A stretch of 64,000 nt of DNA, from positions 352,001 through 416,000 of the forward strand of contig CAWHHI010000016.1 in assembly GCA_963829055.1 (NCBI GenBank). Reading direction: 5' to 3'. The translations under genes were made by a program, and so were the position numbers. Below the pieces are notes generated by a model. The model saw only the letters and a list, made by a program, of their open reading frames with translations, ran no database searches and was not told where the DNA came from. Numbering within the stretch: the first letter of the stretch is position 1; every line of letters starts with the position of its first letter. Origin of the DNA: an uncultured Gemmatimonadaceae bacterium (GTDB lineage: Bacteria; Gemmatimonadota; Gemmatimonadetes; Gemmatimonadales; Gemmatimonadaceae). Below, one piece after another: positions 22,956 through 33,577 of the stretch.

Positions 22956-23411
22956 ATGAGCACTTACACCGCGACACCGAAGGACATCGAACATCGGTGG
23001 TTCATCGTTGATGCCGATGGGATGGTCCTCGGTCGTCTCGCCACTGAAATCGTGCGCATCCTGCGCGGCAAGCACAAGCCGATGTACACGCCGCACATGG
23101 ACACGGGCGACAACGTCATCGTCATCAACGCTTCGAAGGTGAAGCTGACGGGGCGGAAGATGGAGCAGAAGCGCTACTTCACGCACACCGGCTACATGGG
23201 TCACGAGCGCTTCACGCCAGCCGCGTCCATGCTGGCGAAGCACCCGGAGCGCATGATCGAGAAGGCGGTGTACGGCATGCTGCCCAAGAGTGCGCTCGGC
23301 CGGCAGCAGTTGCGCCGGAAGCTCCGCGTGTACGCGACGGCCAATCACCCGCACGTCGCGCAACAGCCCGGCGTGCTGACGTTCAACGCTCGCACCAACG
23401 AGACGAAGTAA
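22956..23411 (+). CDS. rplM: 50S ribosomal protein L13
   Basis: LGRLA..LRGKHKP.YTPHMDTGD. Confidence 0.99.
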   Translation: MSTYTATPKDIEHRWFIVDADGMVLGRLATEIVRILRGKHKPMYTPHMDTGDNVIVINASKVKLTGRKMEQKRYFTHTGYMGHERFTPAASMLAKHPERMIEKAVYGMLPKSALGRQQLRRKLRVYATANHPHVAQQPGVLTFNARTNETK

Positions 23412-23806
23412 TGGCTGACAGTTCGACGACGCACGCCGTTGGCCGCCGCAAGGAAGCGGTGTGTCGCGTGTACATTCGCCCCGGCTCCGGCAAGTGGGAT
23501 GTCAACGGTCGCACGTTAGGCGACTACTTCCCGCGGGCCGCGCTCGTGTCGGCCATTCAGCAGCCGTTCACCGCGACTGACACGCTCGGGCGCTTCGACG
23601 TCAAAGCGAACGTCGTCGGTGGCGGACAGACGGGTCAGGCCGGCGCGCTGCGTCTGGCCGTCGCCCGTGCCCTCGTCGTGCTCGATGAGGCGCACCGCCG
23701 CAAGCTTCGTGACCTCGGTCTCCTGACGCGCGACGCGCGTGCGGTCGAGCGCAAGAAGCCGGGACGTCCGAAGGCCCGCAAGCGGTTCCAGTTCTCGAAG
23801 CGCTAA
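23411..23806 (+). CDS. rpsI: 30S ribosomal protein S9
   Basis: GRRKEA..GGGQTGQAGA..QFSKR. Confidence 0.99.
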   Translation: MADSSTTHAVGRRKEAVCRVYIRPGSGKWDVNGRTLGDYFPRAALVSAIQQPFTATDTLGRFDVKANVVGGGQTGQAGALRLAVARALVVLDEAHRRKLRDLGLLTRDARAVERKKPGRPKARKRFQFSKR

Positions 23807-23818
23807 CGCGTTTCGAGT

Positions 23819-23880
23819 GCTATCAGCTGTCAGCTCGGAGCTATCCGCCGGCTGGTAGTTGGCGACTGACAGCCGATAGC
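23819..23880. repeat. Heptamer-armed inverted repeat/hairpin
   Basis: GCTATCAGCTGTCAG...CTGACAGCCGATAGC (14/15 match) with inner AGCTATC/GGTAGTT stem. Confidence 0.75.
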
Positions 23881-23887
23881 GTTCGAC

Positions 23888-23990
23888 CCACTCTGCACGC
23901 CTTCCGAGTCACCTCGGGTGCTGGCCCAGCCAGTCGACGGTGATGATGACGAGGGCGGACGACAAAACCCATTCGAGGTTCTAACAGCAA
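23888..23990 (+). promoter_or_regulatory. Putative S2 ribosomal-protein leader (rpsB autoregulation)
   Basis: CGCCTTC/GAGGGCG stem, GGGTG loop element and downstream AAAACCC able to pair, as in S2 leaders. Confidence 0.6.
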
Positions 23991-24920
23991 ATGCAGCCCA
24001 GTCTCCAGCAGCTCCTCGAGGCCGGTGTCCACTTCGGACACCAGACTCGCCGTTGGAATCCCAAGATGCGCCGGTTCATTTTCGCCGAGCGGAACGGGAT
24101 CCACATCATCGACCTTCAGAAGACGCTCCGTCAGCTCGAGCTGGCGCAGAAGCTCGTGCGCGAAGTCGTCCTGCGCGGCGAGAACGTCCTCTTCGTCTGC
24201 ACCAAGCGGCAGCTCGGCGCCATCGTCCAGGGCGAAGCCGAGCGCTGCGACGCGATGTACGTCGTCGAGCGTTGGCTCGGCGGACTGCTCACGAACTTCC
24301 AGACCGTCAAGAAGCAGGTCCGGAAGCTCAAGGACCTCGAGGCAGGCTCCGAGGCCGGCGGCGAGTTCGAGAACTACACGAAGAAAGAGCAGCTCCTGAT
24401 GTCGCGGCAGCGCGACAAGCTTGCCAAGAACCTCTCGGGCATCAAGAGCATGACGCGCATTCCCGGCCTCATGTTCGTGATCGACGCGAAGAAGGAGCGC
24501 ATCGCCGTGAGCGAGGCGAACAAGCTCGGGATTCCGATCGTCGCCATCTGCGACACGAACTCGGACCCTGATCTCATCAGCGTTCCCATCGCGGGCAACG
24601 ATGACGCGATCCGGTCGGTCGAGCTGATCGCGCGCGCCATCTCCGACGCGATCACCGAAGCCCGCCGCGAGGCGCCGACGCGCCCGACCGAAGAGGAAGG
24701 CGAGGAGAGCACCTACAGCTCCGATCGCGGCATGGAGCCGGCCGCTGGCGGCGCAGGTGGAAGTGAAGAGGAGCGCAAGCGCCGTCGCCGTCCGCGTCGT
24801 CGCCGCGCGAAGCCAGAAGCGATCGCCGCACGGCTCAAGGGCGGCGCCGAGGGCGGTGAGGCGGTCGAGGGCGGCGATGCTGCCGGGGACGCAGACGAGG
24901 GCGCAGACACGGAAGCCTGA
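23991..24920 (+). CDS. rpsB: 30S ribosomal protein S2
   Basis: LLEAGVHFGHQTRRWNPKM, NDDAIRS. Confidence 0.99.
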   Translation: MQPSLQQLLEAGVHFGHQTRRWNPKMRRFIFAERNGIHIIDLQKTLRQLELAQKLVREVVLRGENVLFVCTKRQLGAIVQGEAERCDAMYVVERWLGGLLTNFQTVKKQVRKLKDLEAGSEAGGEFENYTKKEQLLMSRQRDKLAKNLSGIKSMTRIPGLMFVIDAKKERIAVSEANKLGIPIVAICDTNSDPDLISVPIAGNDDAIRSVELIARAISDAITEARREAPTRPTEEEGEESTYSSDRGMEPAAGGAGGSEEERKRRRRPRRRRAKPEAIAARLKGGAEGGEAVEGGDAAGDADEGADTEA

Positions 24921-24961
24921 ACGCTCCCACTGCCACAGGCCTCGAAGACCGTCTACAATCC

Positions 24962-24992
24962 AAACGCCGCCGGCGCCGTGCCGGCGGCGTTT
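24962..24992 (+). terminator. Hairpin/attenuator between rpsB and tsf
   Basis: AAACGCCGCCGGC-GCCGT-GCCGGCGGCGTTT. Confidence 0.65.
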
Positions 24993-25015
24993 CCACGAAA
25001 ACGAAGGAAAGACAC

Positions 25016-25915
25016 ATGGCTGCGACCACCATTACCGCAAAGGATGTCCAGGAGCTGCGCCAGCGTACGGGCGCCGGCATGATGGACTGCAAGAAGGCAC
25101 TCGAGGAGACCGGCGGCGACGTCCACAAGGCGGTCGAGTATCTCCGCAAGAAGGGCATCGCCAAGGCCGAGAAGCGCGCGGATCGCGCCGCCTCCGAAGG
25201 CCGCATCGTCGCGCTCGTGAGTGACGACGCGAAGACCGCCGCGCTGGTCGAGATCAACAGCGAGACGGACTTCGTCGCGCGCAACGAGGAATTCGGCGCG
25301 CTCGCCCAGGATGTCGCTACGCAGGTGTTCGGCGCCGCGGCATTCGATGGCATCGTCACGGTCGCGACCGAGGGCGAGGTCATGAAGCAGCCGTGGCACA
25401 AGGACGCGAGCAAGACCGTCGCTGACGCCGTGAAGGAAGCGTCAGGCAAGACGGGCGAGAACGTCGTCGTGCGTCGTTATGCGCGCTTCAAGACCGATGG
25501 CGTGATCGGCTCGTACGTGCACCACAACGGCCGCGTCGCCGTCATCGTGGACATTGCCGGCGGGACTGGCCCGGCGGTGCAGAACGTCGCGAAGTCGGTT
25601 GCCGAGCACATCGCGGCCGGCGTTCCGAAGGTGCCGCTCGGCGTGAACCGTGAAGAGGTTCCGAGCGACATCGTCGAGCGCGAGCGTCGGATCTACGAGG
25701 AGCAGGCCCGCACGGCCGGCAAGCCGGACGCGATGATCGCGAAGATCGTCGACGGTCAGGTGAACAAGTTCTTCTCGGAGAACACGCTACTCGACCAGCC
25801 GTGGGTGCGTGATGATTCGAAGACGATTCGCCAGCTCGTGGCGGACGCGAGCAAGGAGAGCGGCTCGACGCTGACGGTGCGTCGCTTCGCTCGCTTCCAG
25901 ATGGGCGAGGAGTAA
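25016..25915 (+). CDS. tsf: Elongation factor Ts
   Basis: LRQRTGAGMMDCKKAL, NSETDFVA. Confidence 0.99.
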   Translation: MAATTITAKDVQELRQRTGAGMMDCKKALEETGGDVHKAVEYLRKKGIAKAEKRADRAASEGRIVALVSDDAKTAALVEINSETDFVARNEEFGALAQDVATQVFGAAAFDGIVTVATEGEVMKQPWHKDASKTVADAVKEASGKTGENVVVRRYARFKTDGVIGSYVHHNGRVAVIVDIAGGTGPAVQNVAKSVAEHIAAGVPKVPLGVNREEVPSDIVERERRIYEEQARTAGKPDAMIAKIVDGQVNKFFSENTLLDQPWVRDDSKTIRQLVADASKESGSTLTVRRFARFQMGEE

Positions 25916-25921
25916 GCGACG

Positions 25922-26641
25922 GTGACAGCCACCGCCGTCGCCTATTCGCGCGTCCTGCTCAAGCTCTCGGGCGAAGCACTCGCCGGCGACAAGGCGATGG
26001 TCTTCGACTTCGAGCGTGTCAATCGATTCGCCGATGAGATCAAGGGGATCGCTGACATGGGCGTCAGCGTTGGTCTCGTCATCGGCGGTGGCAACATCGT
26101 TCGCGGCTCTCAGCTGTCCAAGAACGGCATGGATCGCGTCACAGCCGACTACATGGGCATGCTGGGGACCGTCATCAACGCCCTTGCGCTCCAGGACGTC
26201 CTGGAGCGCAAGGGACTCGACACGCGCGTCATGACCGCGATCCGGATGGAGGAGTTAGCCGAGCCGTATATCAGGCGTCGCGCGCTCCGGCATCTCGAGG
26301 TCGGGCGCACCGTGATCTTCGCCGCGGGGACGGGGAACCCGTACTTTTCCACCGACACGGCTGCGGCGCTGCGAGCCATCCAGATCAAGGCCGACGTCAT
26401 CATCAAGGCCACGAGCGTCGACGGCGTGTACACCGCGGACCCCAAGAAAGACCCCGACGCCAAACGCTACGACACGCTGAGCTATCGTGAGGTGATGGTG
26501 TCGGAGCTTGGCGTGATGGACCAGACGGCGGTGACGTTATGCAAGGAAAACAACCTCCCGTTGATCGTCCTGAACATTCACCATGAAGGCGCGGTCGCAA
26601 GCGCGGTACGCGGCGAGCGCGTGGGAACGATCGTTCGATGA
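25922..26641 (+). CDS. pyrH: UMP kinase
   Basis: [21 protein letters not shown]. Confidence 0.99.
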   Translation: MTATAVAYSRVLLKLSGEALAGDKAMVFDFERVNRFADEIKGIADMGVSVGLVIGGGNIVRGSQLSKNGMDRVTADYMGMLGTVINALALQDVLERKGLDTRVMTAIRMEELAEPYIRRRALRHLEVGRTVIFAAGTGNPYFSTDTAAALRAIQIKADVIIKATSVDGVYTADPKKDPDAKRYDTLSYREVMVSELGVMDQTAVTLCKENNLPLIVLNIHHEGAVASAVRGERVGTIVR

Positions 26642-27192
26642 CAACAATTCCGCAGATCGTGAAAGACTGTCGCGCGCACATGGACAAGGCGATCGAGAGC
26701 TCGAAGCGGGAATTTTCTTCGATCCGCTCCGGCAAGGCGTCGCCCTCCATGCTCGATACGGTGCGTGTGGACATGTACGGCACGCAGATGACGCTGAACC
26801 AGGTGGCGAGCGTATCGGCGCCCGAGCCGCGCATCATCCTCGTGACGCCGTTCGACAAGGGCCAGCTCAAGGCGGTCGAGAAGGCGATTCGTGAGTCCGA
26901 CCTCGGGCTCGACCCGGCGGTGCAGGGCGGCGTGATCCGCGTTCCGCTGCCGATGATGAACGAGCAGCGCCGCAAGGAGCTGGCGAAGGTCGTTCACAAG
27001 CTCGCTGAAGAAGGACGGATCGCCGTTAGGCACGCGCGCACGACCGCGCGCGATCAGCTGAAGAAGCTGAACGGCGTGAGCGAGGACGACGTGAAGCACG
27101 CCGAGAAGGATCTCCAGAAGATCCACGACGACTACATGCACAAGATCGACGAGCTCCTGAAGCACAAGGAAGCCGAGATCATGGAAGTCTGA
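26638..27192 (+). CDS. frr: Ribosome recycling factor
   Basis: [27 protein letters not shown]. Confidence 0.98.
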   Translation: MTTIPQIVKDCRAHMDKAIESSKREFSSIRSGKASPSMLDTVRVDMYGTQMTLNQVASVSAPEPRIILVTPFDKGQLKAVEKAIRESDLGLDPAVQGGVIRVPLPMMNEQRRKELAKVVHKLAEEGRIAVRHARTTARDQLKKLNGVSEDDVKHAEKDLQKIHDDYMHKIDELLKHKEAEIMEV

Positions 27193-27205
27193 CCGGACCC
27201 GCACC

Positions 27206-27958
27206 GTGCACTCCAGGAACGCCGCCGAGCTGCTCGCGCAGATCCGCGTTCACGGCGCGGTGCCGCGACACGTGGCCATCATCATGGACGGAAACGGCCG
27301 GTGGGCGCGCGAACGGCGCATGCCCCGGCCGTTTGGGCATCGGTCCGGCATGAAGTCGGTGCGGGAGGTCGTGGAAGGCGGGGTCGAGGTGGGGCTCGAG
27401 GTACTGTCGCTGTTCGCGTTCTCGCAGGAGAACTGGCACCGTCCGCCGACCGAGATCACGGCACTCATGTCGCTGCTCGAGGAGTACATCGCGCGCGAGG
27501 CCGACGAGCTGCACCAGCGAGGCGTTCGGGTCCGTGCGTTAGGCGCGCTGGAGCGACTCACGGCGGACGCCTCCGCTGCCGTGGAGCGCGTGGTCGCGCA
27601 AACGGCGGGCAACGACCGGATGATTTTGAACTTGTTCATTTCTTACGGCGCACGCGCCGAGCTCGCCCGCGCCGCGAGGCTGCTGGCGCAGGACGCGGCG
27701 GCCGGGCGGATCGACGCGACGTCGATCGACGAGACGGCCTTCGCGAGTCGGCTCTATACGGCTGAGTGTCCCGACCCGGACCTGCTGATTCGCACGTCCG
27801 GGGAACAGCGCCTCTCGAACTTCCTCCTCTGGCAGCTCGCCTACTCGGAGCTGTACATGAGTCCCGTACTCTGGCCGGACTTCACGCGGGGCGATCTGTA
27901 CGAGGCGATTCGCGATTTTCAGCTGCGCGAGCGTCGGTTCGGCCGAGTACCGGCCTAA
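27206..27958 (+). CDS. uppS: Undecaprenyl diphosphate synthase
   Basis: HVAIIMDGNGRWA, FSQENW, RTSGEQRLSNFLLWQ. Confidence 0.98.
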   Translation: MHSRNAAELLAQIRVHGAVPRHVAIIMDGNGRWARERRMPRPFGHRSGMKSVREVVEGGVEVGLEVLSLFAFSQENWHRPPTEITALMSLLEEYIAREADELHQRGVRVRALGALERLTADASAAVERVVAQTAGNDRMILNLFISYGARAELARAARLLAQDAAAGRIDATSIDETAFASRLYTAECPDPDLLIRTSGEQRLSNFLLWQLAYSELYMSPVLWPDFTRGDLYEAIRDFQLRERRFGRVPA

Positions 27959-27961
27959 CGC

Positions 27962-28819
27962 GTGAGCGAGCTCGCCAAGCGCATCCTCACCGCACTGGTG
28001 GCGGCGCCGCTGGCGCTCGTCATGATCTACCTGGGTGGCCTTCCGTTGGCGGCGTTCCTCGCGCTCGTGTCCGCCGGCTGCGCCTGGGAGTTCTATCGCA
28101 TCGCGACGGCGGGCGGACTCGAGCCACTCGACCCGATTGGGATTCCACTCGCCGGCGCTATCCCACTCGTCACGTATGCCGCTGCCGTCGGCGTCTATCG
28201 ACCGACGCTCGCGGTTCCCGCGGTCGCGTTGCTCGTGATCCTCGCCGCGGTCATCTGGGCGCGAGGTACCGGGCGCCGCCCGCTTGGCGCGGCGTCGGCG
28301 ACGGTCATGGGCGTGCTGTACACAGGAGGCTCGCTCAGCTTCGGCTACGCGCTGCGTGAGTACCCGTACGCGGTCGGCGATCGAGCGGGGACGGCGCTCG
28401 TCGCCTTGCCACTGATCCTGACCTGGGCATCCGACATCGGGGCGTACTTCGTGGGGCGCGCTGTTGGCGGGCCGAAGCTGCTGCCGTCGGTGAGCCCGGG
28501 GAAGACGCGCTCCGGCGCGTTAGGCGGATTGCTCGCGACGATCATCGTCGCGTGGCTCTACGTACGCTTCGCGTTAGCGCCGGTGGCCTCGCTCACGATG
28601 ACGCTGCCGGCGACGATCGTATTCGGGCTCGTCATCAGCGTCGCGGCACAGGTGGGCGATCTCACCGAGTCGCTGCTCAAGCGCGAGGCGAACGTGAAGG
28701 ACAGCTCACGCCTGCTTCCCGGCCACGGCGGACTGCTCGACCGACTCGATAGCCTGCTGTTCGTCCTGCCGGTCGCGTACCTCCTGTTCGGTTGGCTCCT
28801 CATCCCGGCGGTTCCGTGA
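27962..28819 (+). CDS. cdsA: Phosphatidate cytidylyltransferase
   Basis: SPGKT, KDSSRLLPGHGGLLDRLDS. Confidence 0.97.
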   Translation: MSELAKRILTALVAAPLALVMIYLGGLPLAAFLALVSAGCAWEFYRIATAGGLEPLDPIGIPLAGAIPLVTYAAAVGVYRPTLAVPAVALLVILAAVIWARGTGRRPLGAASATVMGVLYTGGSLSFGYALREYPYAVGDRAGTALVALPLILTWASDIGAYFVGRAVGGPKLLPSVSPGKTRSGALGGLLATIIVAWLYVRFALAPVASLTMTLPATIVFGLVISVAAQVGDLTESLLKREANVKDSSRLLPGHGGLLDRLDSLLFVLPVAYLLFGWLLIPAVP

Positions 28820-29946
28820 CGCGCGGGATCGCGATCCTCGGATCCACCGGCTCGGTCGGCACGACGGCGCTCCGCGTGCTCGAGCGTCAGCGTGATCGGT
28901 TCCACGTCGCCGCTCTGACAGCGTTCGAGAACACGACGCTGCTCGAACAGCAGGCCATGCAGTTCTGCCCGCCGTTCGTGGGCATCGTCGGTGATGGAGC
29001 GAACCCACGGGCAGGATGGCGAACCGGCGAGCAATGTCTCGTCGAAGCGGCGACGCTGCCTGACGCGGACATTGTCCTGAACGCGGTCGTTGGTGCCGCC
29101 GGCCTCGATGCAACGCTCGCGGCGCTCGAGGCGGGCAAGCGCGTCGCGCTCGCGAACAAGGAAACGCTGGTCATGGCAGGCGACCTCGCCGCGGCGGCCG
29201 CAAAACGCGGCGGCGGTGAGATCGTCCCTGTCGATAGTGAGCATTCGGCGATACTGCAGTGCCTCAGTGGCCGGCGGCGCGACGAAGTGCGGCGCGTGAT
29301 TCTCACGGCGTCTGGCGGCCCATTCCGAGACTGGCCCGCCGACCGGCTCGCGCGCGCTACCGTTCAGGATGCGCTGCTTCACCCAACATGGCGCATGGGT
29401 CGGAAGATCACGGTGGACAGCGCGACGCTCGCGAACAAAGCACTCGAAGTGATCGAAGCACATTATCTGTTCGATCTTCCATACGACCGCATCGAGGTCA
29501 TTGTGCACCCCCAGAGCGTGGTTCACTCGATGGTCGAGTTCGTGGACGGTAGCGTGCTCGCCCAGATGAGTGTTCCGACGATGGAGTTGCCGGTGCTGTA
29601 TGCGCTCACGCATCCCGAACGCGTACCGGACACCGGGGTAGGACCGTTCGACCCGGTGGCGTGCTCTCCGTTGACGTTCGAGCCCGTGCGGTACGACCAG
29701 TTTCCGGCGCTGCGCCTGGGAATGCAGGCCGGGCGCGCGGGCGGTGCGGCTCCTGCGGTGTTCAATGCCGCCAACGAGCAGGCCGTGGCCCTTTTCCTGA
29801 GTGGACGGATCACCTTCAACGACATAGCGAACGCGATCGACTCTGCACTCGAGACGCTAGGCGATACAGCAAGCGGGAGCCGCGAGGCGCTGCTTGCCGT
29901 GGATTCCGCGGCGCGGGCGCACGTTCGCAGGTTGCATTCATGCTGA
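28816..29946 (+). CDS. dxr: DXP reductoisomerase
   Basis: GSTGSVG, LANKE, PVDSEHSA, NAANE. Confidence 0.98.
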   Translation: MTRGIAILGSTGSVGTTALRVLERQRDRFHVAALTAFENTTLLEQQAMQFCPPFVGIVGDGANPRAGWRTGEQCLVEAATLPDADIVLNAVVGAAGLDATLAALEAGKRVALANKETLVMAGDLAAAAAKRGGGEIVPVDSEHSAILQCLSGRRRDEVRRVILTASGGPFRDWPADRLARATVQDALLHPTWRMGRKITVDSATLANKALEVIEAHYLFDLPYDRIEVIVHPQSVVHSMVEFVDGSVLAQMSVPTMELPVLYALTHPERVPDTGVGPFDPVACSPLTFEPVRYDQFPALRLGMQAGRAGGAAPAVFNAANEQAVALFLSGRITFNDIANAIDSALETLGDTASGSREALLAVDSAARAHVRRLHSC

Positions 29947-31140
29947 GCTACCTCGCACCGCTTCTCGTTTTCGGGCTCGTCGTATTCGTTCACGAGCTCG
30001 GACACTTCCTGGCCGCGAAGGCCATGGGCGTCTACGCACCGCGGTTCTCGATCGGGTTCGGGCCGGCGCTCTGGCGCCACCGATGGGGCGAGACGGAGTA
30101 CATCCTCGCGCTCCTGCCGCTCGGCGGGTACGTGCGCATGGCGTCGCGCGAAGATCAGGCGACCGCTTTCCTCGAAGGTGGAAGCGAAGAGCCGCAGGTT
30201 CCTGAGGTCGGCGGCAATACCGTTCCGCCGATGGTGGCTGGGGCCGAAAGCCCGCGCGACTGGGACCCTAACGCGATGAAGCCGTTCGGTCCCAAGCCGA
30301 TTCCGGAGCATCGCTGGTTCGAGTCGAAGCCGCTCGCGGCTCGCCTGTTCATTCTCATTGCCGGCGTCACGATGAACGCGGTGCTCGCGATCGTCCTCGA
30401 GGTCGGGACGCTGGCGGCGTACGGTCGCCCGTACTATCCAGCCGTTATCGACTCGGTCGTCGCCGGTCGACCCGCGGAGCGCGCCGGGTTGGTGAAAGGC
30501 GACAGCATCGTGTCGGTCGATGGAGAACCGGTGCGCGATTTTCAGGGGCTCATTGCCCGCGTGAGCACAGCCGCCGGTCGCACGATCGCGCTCGATGTCG
30601 TGCGTGATGGTGTCCGACGGACGGTCAGCGTTCAGCCGGAAGTAGCCGAGGTCGAGAATCAGATTACCGGGCAAGAAAGAACGTCTTGGCCGCATTGGCG
30701 CGGCGCCGCGGCAGCGGGTCGCGCGCGACCCGCTGCCGTTCTCCGCGGCCGTAGTCGGGGGGTGGAACAAGACCTGGGAGAACGCGGGCGGGATCGTGCA
30801 GATCGTGCGCGGGCTCTTTTCCGGCGATGTCCCGACGTCGCAGCTTGGTGGTCCGATCGCGATCGGATATGTGTCGGTGCAGGCGGCGCGCGGCGGAATC
30901 GAGACGCTCGTCTTGCTCATCGCCTTCCTGAGCATCAACGTGGCGGTGTTGAATCTCTTGCCTGTTCCGATCCTCGACGGAGGTCAGATTCTGTTGAACG
31001 TTCTGGAAACGGCAAAGGGTAGCGCGTTCAGCGCGCGCACCCGCGAGTACATCCTGCGTGCTGGTCTGCTGGCCATCGCGCTGCTCTTCGCACTCGTGAT
31101 GTTCAACGACATCAAGGGACTGCTGCAGCGCTTCGGGTGA
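29940..31140 (+). CDS. rseP: RIP metalloprotease RseP (frameshift near 30690)
   Basis: HELGH, PDZ domain, NLLPVPILDGG. Confidence 0.95.
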
Positions 31141-31532
31141 TGCGGCTCATCCTCGCCTGTTTCGGCGGCCTTCTGTTCCTCGTGCCGCTGTCACGGGCTC
31201 ACGCCCAGGACCGCGACGTTAGGTTCGCCATCACGACGGTGGGAGACACGACGATCACGTTTCACGCGGGGAAGATGACGTGGGTGGTGCGCACGAAGGG
31301 TGCGATCGTGGTCGACCCGCGGCGTCGTGACGCACTCGTTGCGCGGCTCAGGGTGGTCTCGGTCGGCGCCAACGGCGAAGCGACCGCGGTCGTGACCGCA
31401 CAGTCAGGGCGCGTAACAACTGACCACATTGTGATCGGTACCGAGCCGCCCGTCCGCTGGTACAAGAACACGCTGATGTGGATGGGCGCCGCATTCGGAC
31501 TCGTCGCGGGCTTCGGGCTAGGGAAGCTCTAG
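31137..31532 (+). CDS. Hypothetical exported protein with C-terminal membrane anchor
   Basis: Signal peptide (AHA-Q), beta-rich body, hydrophobic tail; start overlaps the rseP stop. Confidence 0.7.
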   Translation: MMRLILACFGGLLFLVPLSRAHAQDRDVRFAITTVGDTTITFHAGKMTWVVRTKGAIVVDPRRRDALVARLRVVSVGANGEATAVVTAQSGRVTTDHIVIGTEPPVRWYKNTLMWMGAAFGLVAGFGLGKL

Positions 31533-33142
31533 CGCTCGCAGATCGGGCTGCGACGAGGCAGCGTCTTGTTCTGAGCCTCGACGGTGACGGTGTCCGCGTA
31601 GGGCGCGCACCGTGAGTGCATGATGATGCGCTCGTAATCGCCGATCGGCAGGACGATGTTCTTCACCGGCACGACGCCCTCGCGATGTACGCTGTCGCCA
31701 GGGGTGAGCGACTTGAGCGTCCACCGCGCGCCGGCCGGATTCGCATCGAACGAGAGCGCTCCACAGGCACGGGGGCGCAGGGTGACACTCTTCGTGCGAC
31801 CCGCCACGACACGAGTGTCGATCGTTTCGGTCGCGTTAGGACAATCGACTGGGGATGACACGCTCGCCGTCACCTTGTACATGCCAGGCTTCAACGTGTC
31901 CGACCGCCACCCGTTGCCTTTCGCGACTTCCTTACCCTGCAACAAAATGATCGCGTCCCCCGGCGCGGTCACCGTGATTCGTCCTGTCGTCGGGGGCGGC
32001 GGCTTGGCCGAATCCCGGCGCACGGAGTCAACGGCTACGACCGGCGGCACCACAATCCGTGGTGGCGGTACGGCCGCCACTGAAGACTCGGCCTTCACCG
32101 GCGGCGGCGGTGGCTGCACGGTACGCGACGGTGCGAAGAAGCGCATTCCGACGGCTATCAATGCCAGCGCAGCGGCGCCAACGACCCACGGAGTGGCATT
32201 CGACCGCTGCTCCGGTGCGTCGCCGTTCATGGCGACCGCGGGCTGCGAGTCGGTCCGCACGATGACCGTCGGCTCGGATCCGGTGAAGCGCGTCCGATAG
32301 GCCGACGTTTCGAGCGTGGCCGGCAGCAGCGTTGCGAGCTCCTGCGCGAAGAGCTCGCCGGTGGCGGGCCGGTCGTCCGGAAGCTTCTGCAAGCAATGCA
32401 GAATTGCCGATTCGAACGCAGGCGTCAGGTCGGGGTTGATACCGCGAGGCGCGGGCGGCGGCTCTTCGACGTGCTGCCGGGCAATCTCGTACCAGTCGTC
32501 GCCCTCGAAGGGCAGCCGGCCTGTGGACGCCCGGTAGAGGGTCACGCCCAGCGAGTAGATGTCCGCGCGACCGTCGAGCGGCTTTGCCCGCGCCTGCTCC
32601 GGCGCGAAGTACTGCGGTGTCCCCACCACCATGTTCGTCCCGGTCTGCCCGGTGTAGCCGCTCACGGCTCGGGCGATCCCGAAGTCCGCCACGACGGCAT
32701 TGCCGTGCGCGTCGAACAGGATGTTATCGACCTTGATGTCCCGGTGAATCACGCCTTCGCGGTGCGCGTAGCCGAGCGCTTGAGCGACGTCGATGCCGAC
32801 GCGGACGACGAACTCTTCGGGAAGGGAACTTGCGACCTCTAACCGGTCAGCCAGCCCGGACGGGTAGTAGTCCATGGCGAAGTAGACGGCTTCGCCATGA
32901 CGCCCAACCGAGTAGATCTTGATGATGTTCGGGTGGCGGAGCTTCGCGGCCGTGGCTGCTTCGCGGCGGAACCGCTCCTCGAACGTCGGGTCGCCCGCGA
33001 ACTGCGGCTTGAGGACCTTGAGCGCGACGTGAATCTCGAGCTCCGGGTCGAACGCTTTGTACACCCACGCAAACCCACCGGAGCCGATCAGCTCTTCGAT
33101 CCGGTACTTTCCGAGAGTTTGTCCAAGGTGGCGTTCAGACAC
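31529..33142 (-). CDS. Hanks-type Ser/Thr protein kinase with TM helix and extracytoplasmic domain
   Basis: GSGGFA, VALK, HRDIKVDN, DFG, GTPQYFAPE. Confidence 0.95.
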   Translation of the reverse strand: MSERHLGQTLGKYRIEELIGSGGFAWVYKAFDPELEIHVALKVLKPQFAGDPTFEERFRREAATAAKLRHPNIIKIYSVGRHGEAVYFAMDYYPSGLADRLEVASSLPEEFVVRVGIDVAQALGYAHREGVIHRDIKVDNILFDAHGNAVVADFGIARAVSGYTGQTGTNMVVGTPQYFAPEQARAKPLDGRADIYSLGVTLYRASTGRLPFEGDDWYEIARQHVEEPPPAPRGINPDLTPAFESAILHCLQKLPDDRPATGELFAQELATLLPATLETSAYRTRFTGSEPTVIVRTDSQPAVAMNGDAPEQRSNATPWVVGAAALALIAVGMRFFAPSRTVQPPPPPVKAESSVAAVPPPRIVVPPVVAVDSVRRDSAKPPPPTTGRITVTAPGDAIILLQGKEVAKGNGWRSDTLKPGMYKVTASVSSPVDCPNATETIDTRVVAGRTKSVTLRPRACGALSFDANPAGARWTLKSLTPGDSVHREGVVPVKNIVLPIGDYERIIMHSRCAPYADTVTVEAQNKTLPRRSPICER

Positions 33143-33153
33143 TACGCGGAGCC

Positions 33154-33182
33154 TTTACAGAGGTGGGCAGGTCCAGTAAAAT
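33154..33182 (+). promoter_or_regulatory. Sigma70-type promoter of rpsO
   Basis: TTTACA-17 nt-TAAAAT. Confidence 0.7.
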
Positions 33183-33240
33183 ACTGTGCTCCAACCAATT
33201 GAGCGCTCAGGCGTAGCTGGACGCGCGGGGAATATATCAC

Positions 33241-33501
33241 ATGGCTTTTGAAAAAGCACCGACGGTCACGAAGTACCGGACGCACGACACCGACACTGGA
33301 TCGACTCGTGTGCAGGTCGCGCTCCTGACGGAGCGGATCAACTATCTGCGGGACCATTTTGATGCGCACGCGAAGGATCATCACAGCCGTAGAGGGCTGC
33401 TCATGATGGTCGGAAAGCGCAAGCGCCTCCTGAGCTATCTGCGACGCACCGACGTCGACGGATATCGGCGCATCATCCAGGAACTTGGACTCCGCAACTA
33501 A
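33241..33501 (+). CDS. rpsO: 30S ribosomal protein S15
   Basis: [22 protein letters not shown]. Confidence 0.99.
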   Translation: MAFEKAPTVTKYRTHDTDTGSTRVQVALLTERINYLRDHFDAHAKDHHSRRGLLMMVGKRKRLLSYLRRTDVDGYRRIIQELGLRN

Positions 33502-33519
33502 CTGCTGAGTCGTTTCCGT

Positions 33520-33556
33520 CCGCGCGGGCGCGCACTTTTGCGACCCGCGCGTTTTG
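33520..33556 (+). terminator. Hairpin between rpsO and pnp
   Basis: CGCGCGGG..CCCGCGCG followed by TTTT. Confidence 0.6.
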
Positions 33557-33577
33557 CGTTTACTGAGGCGTGACATA

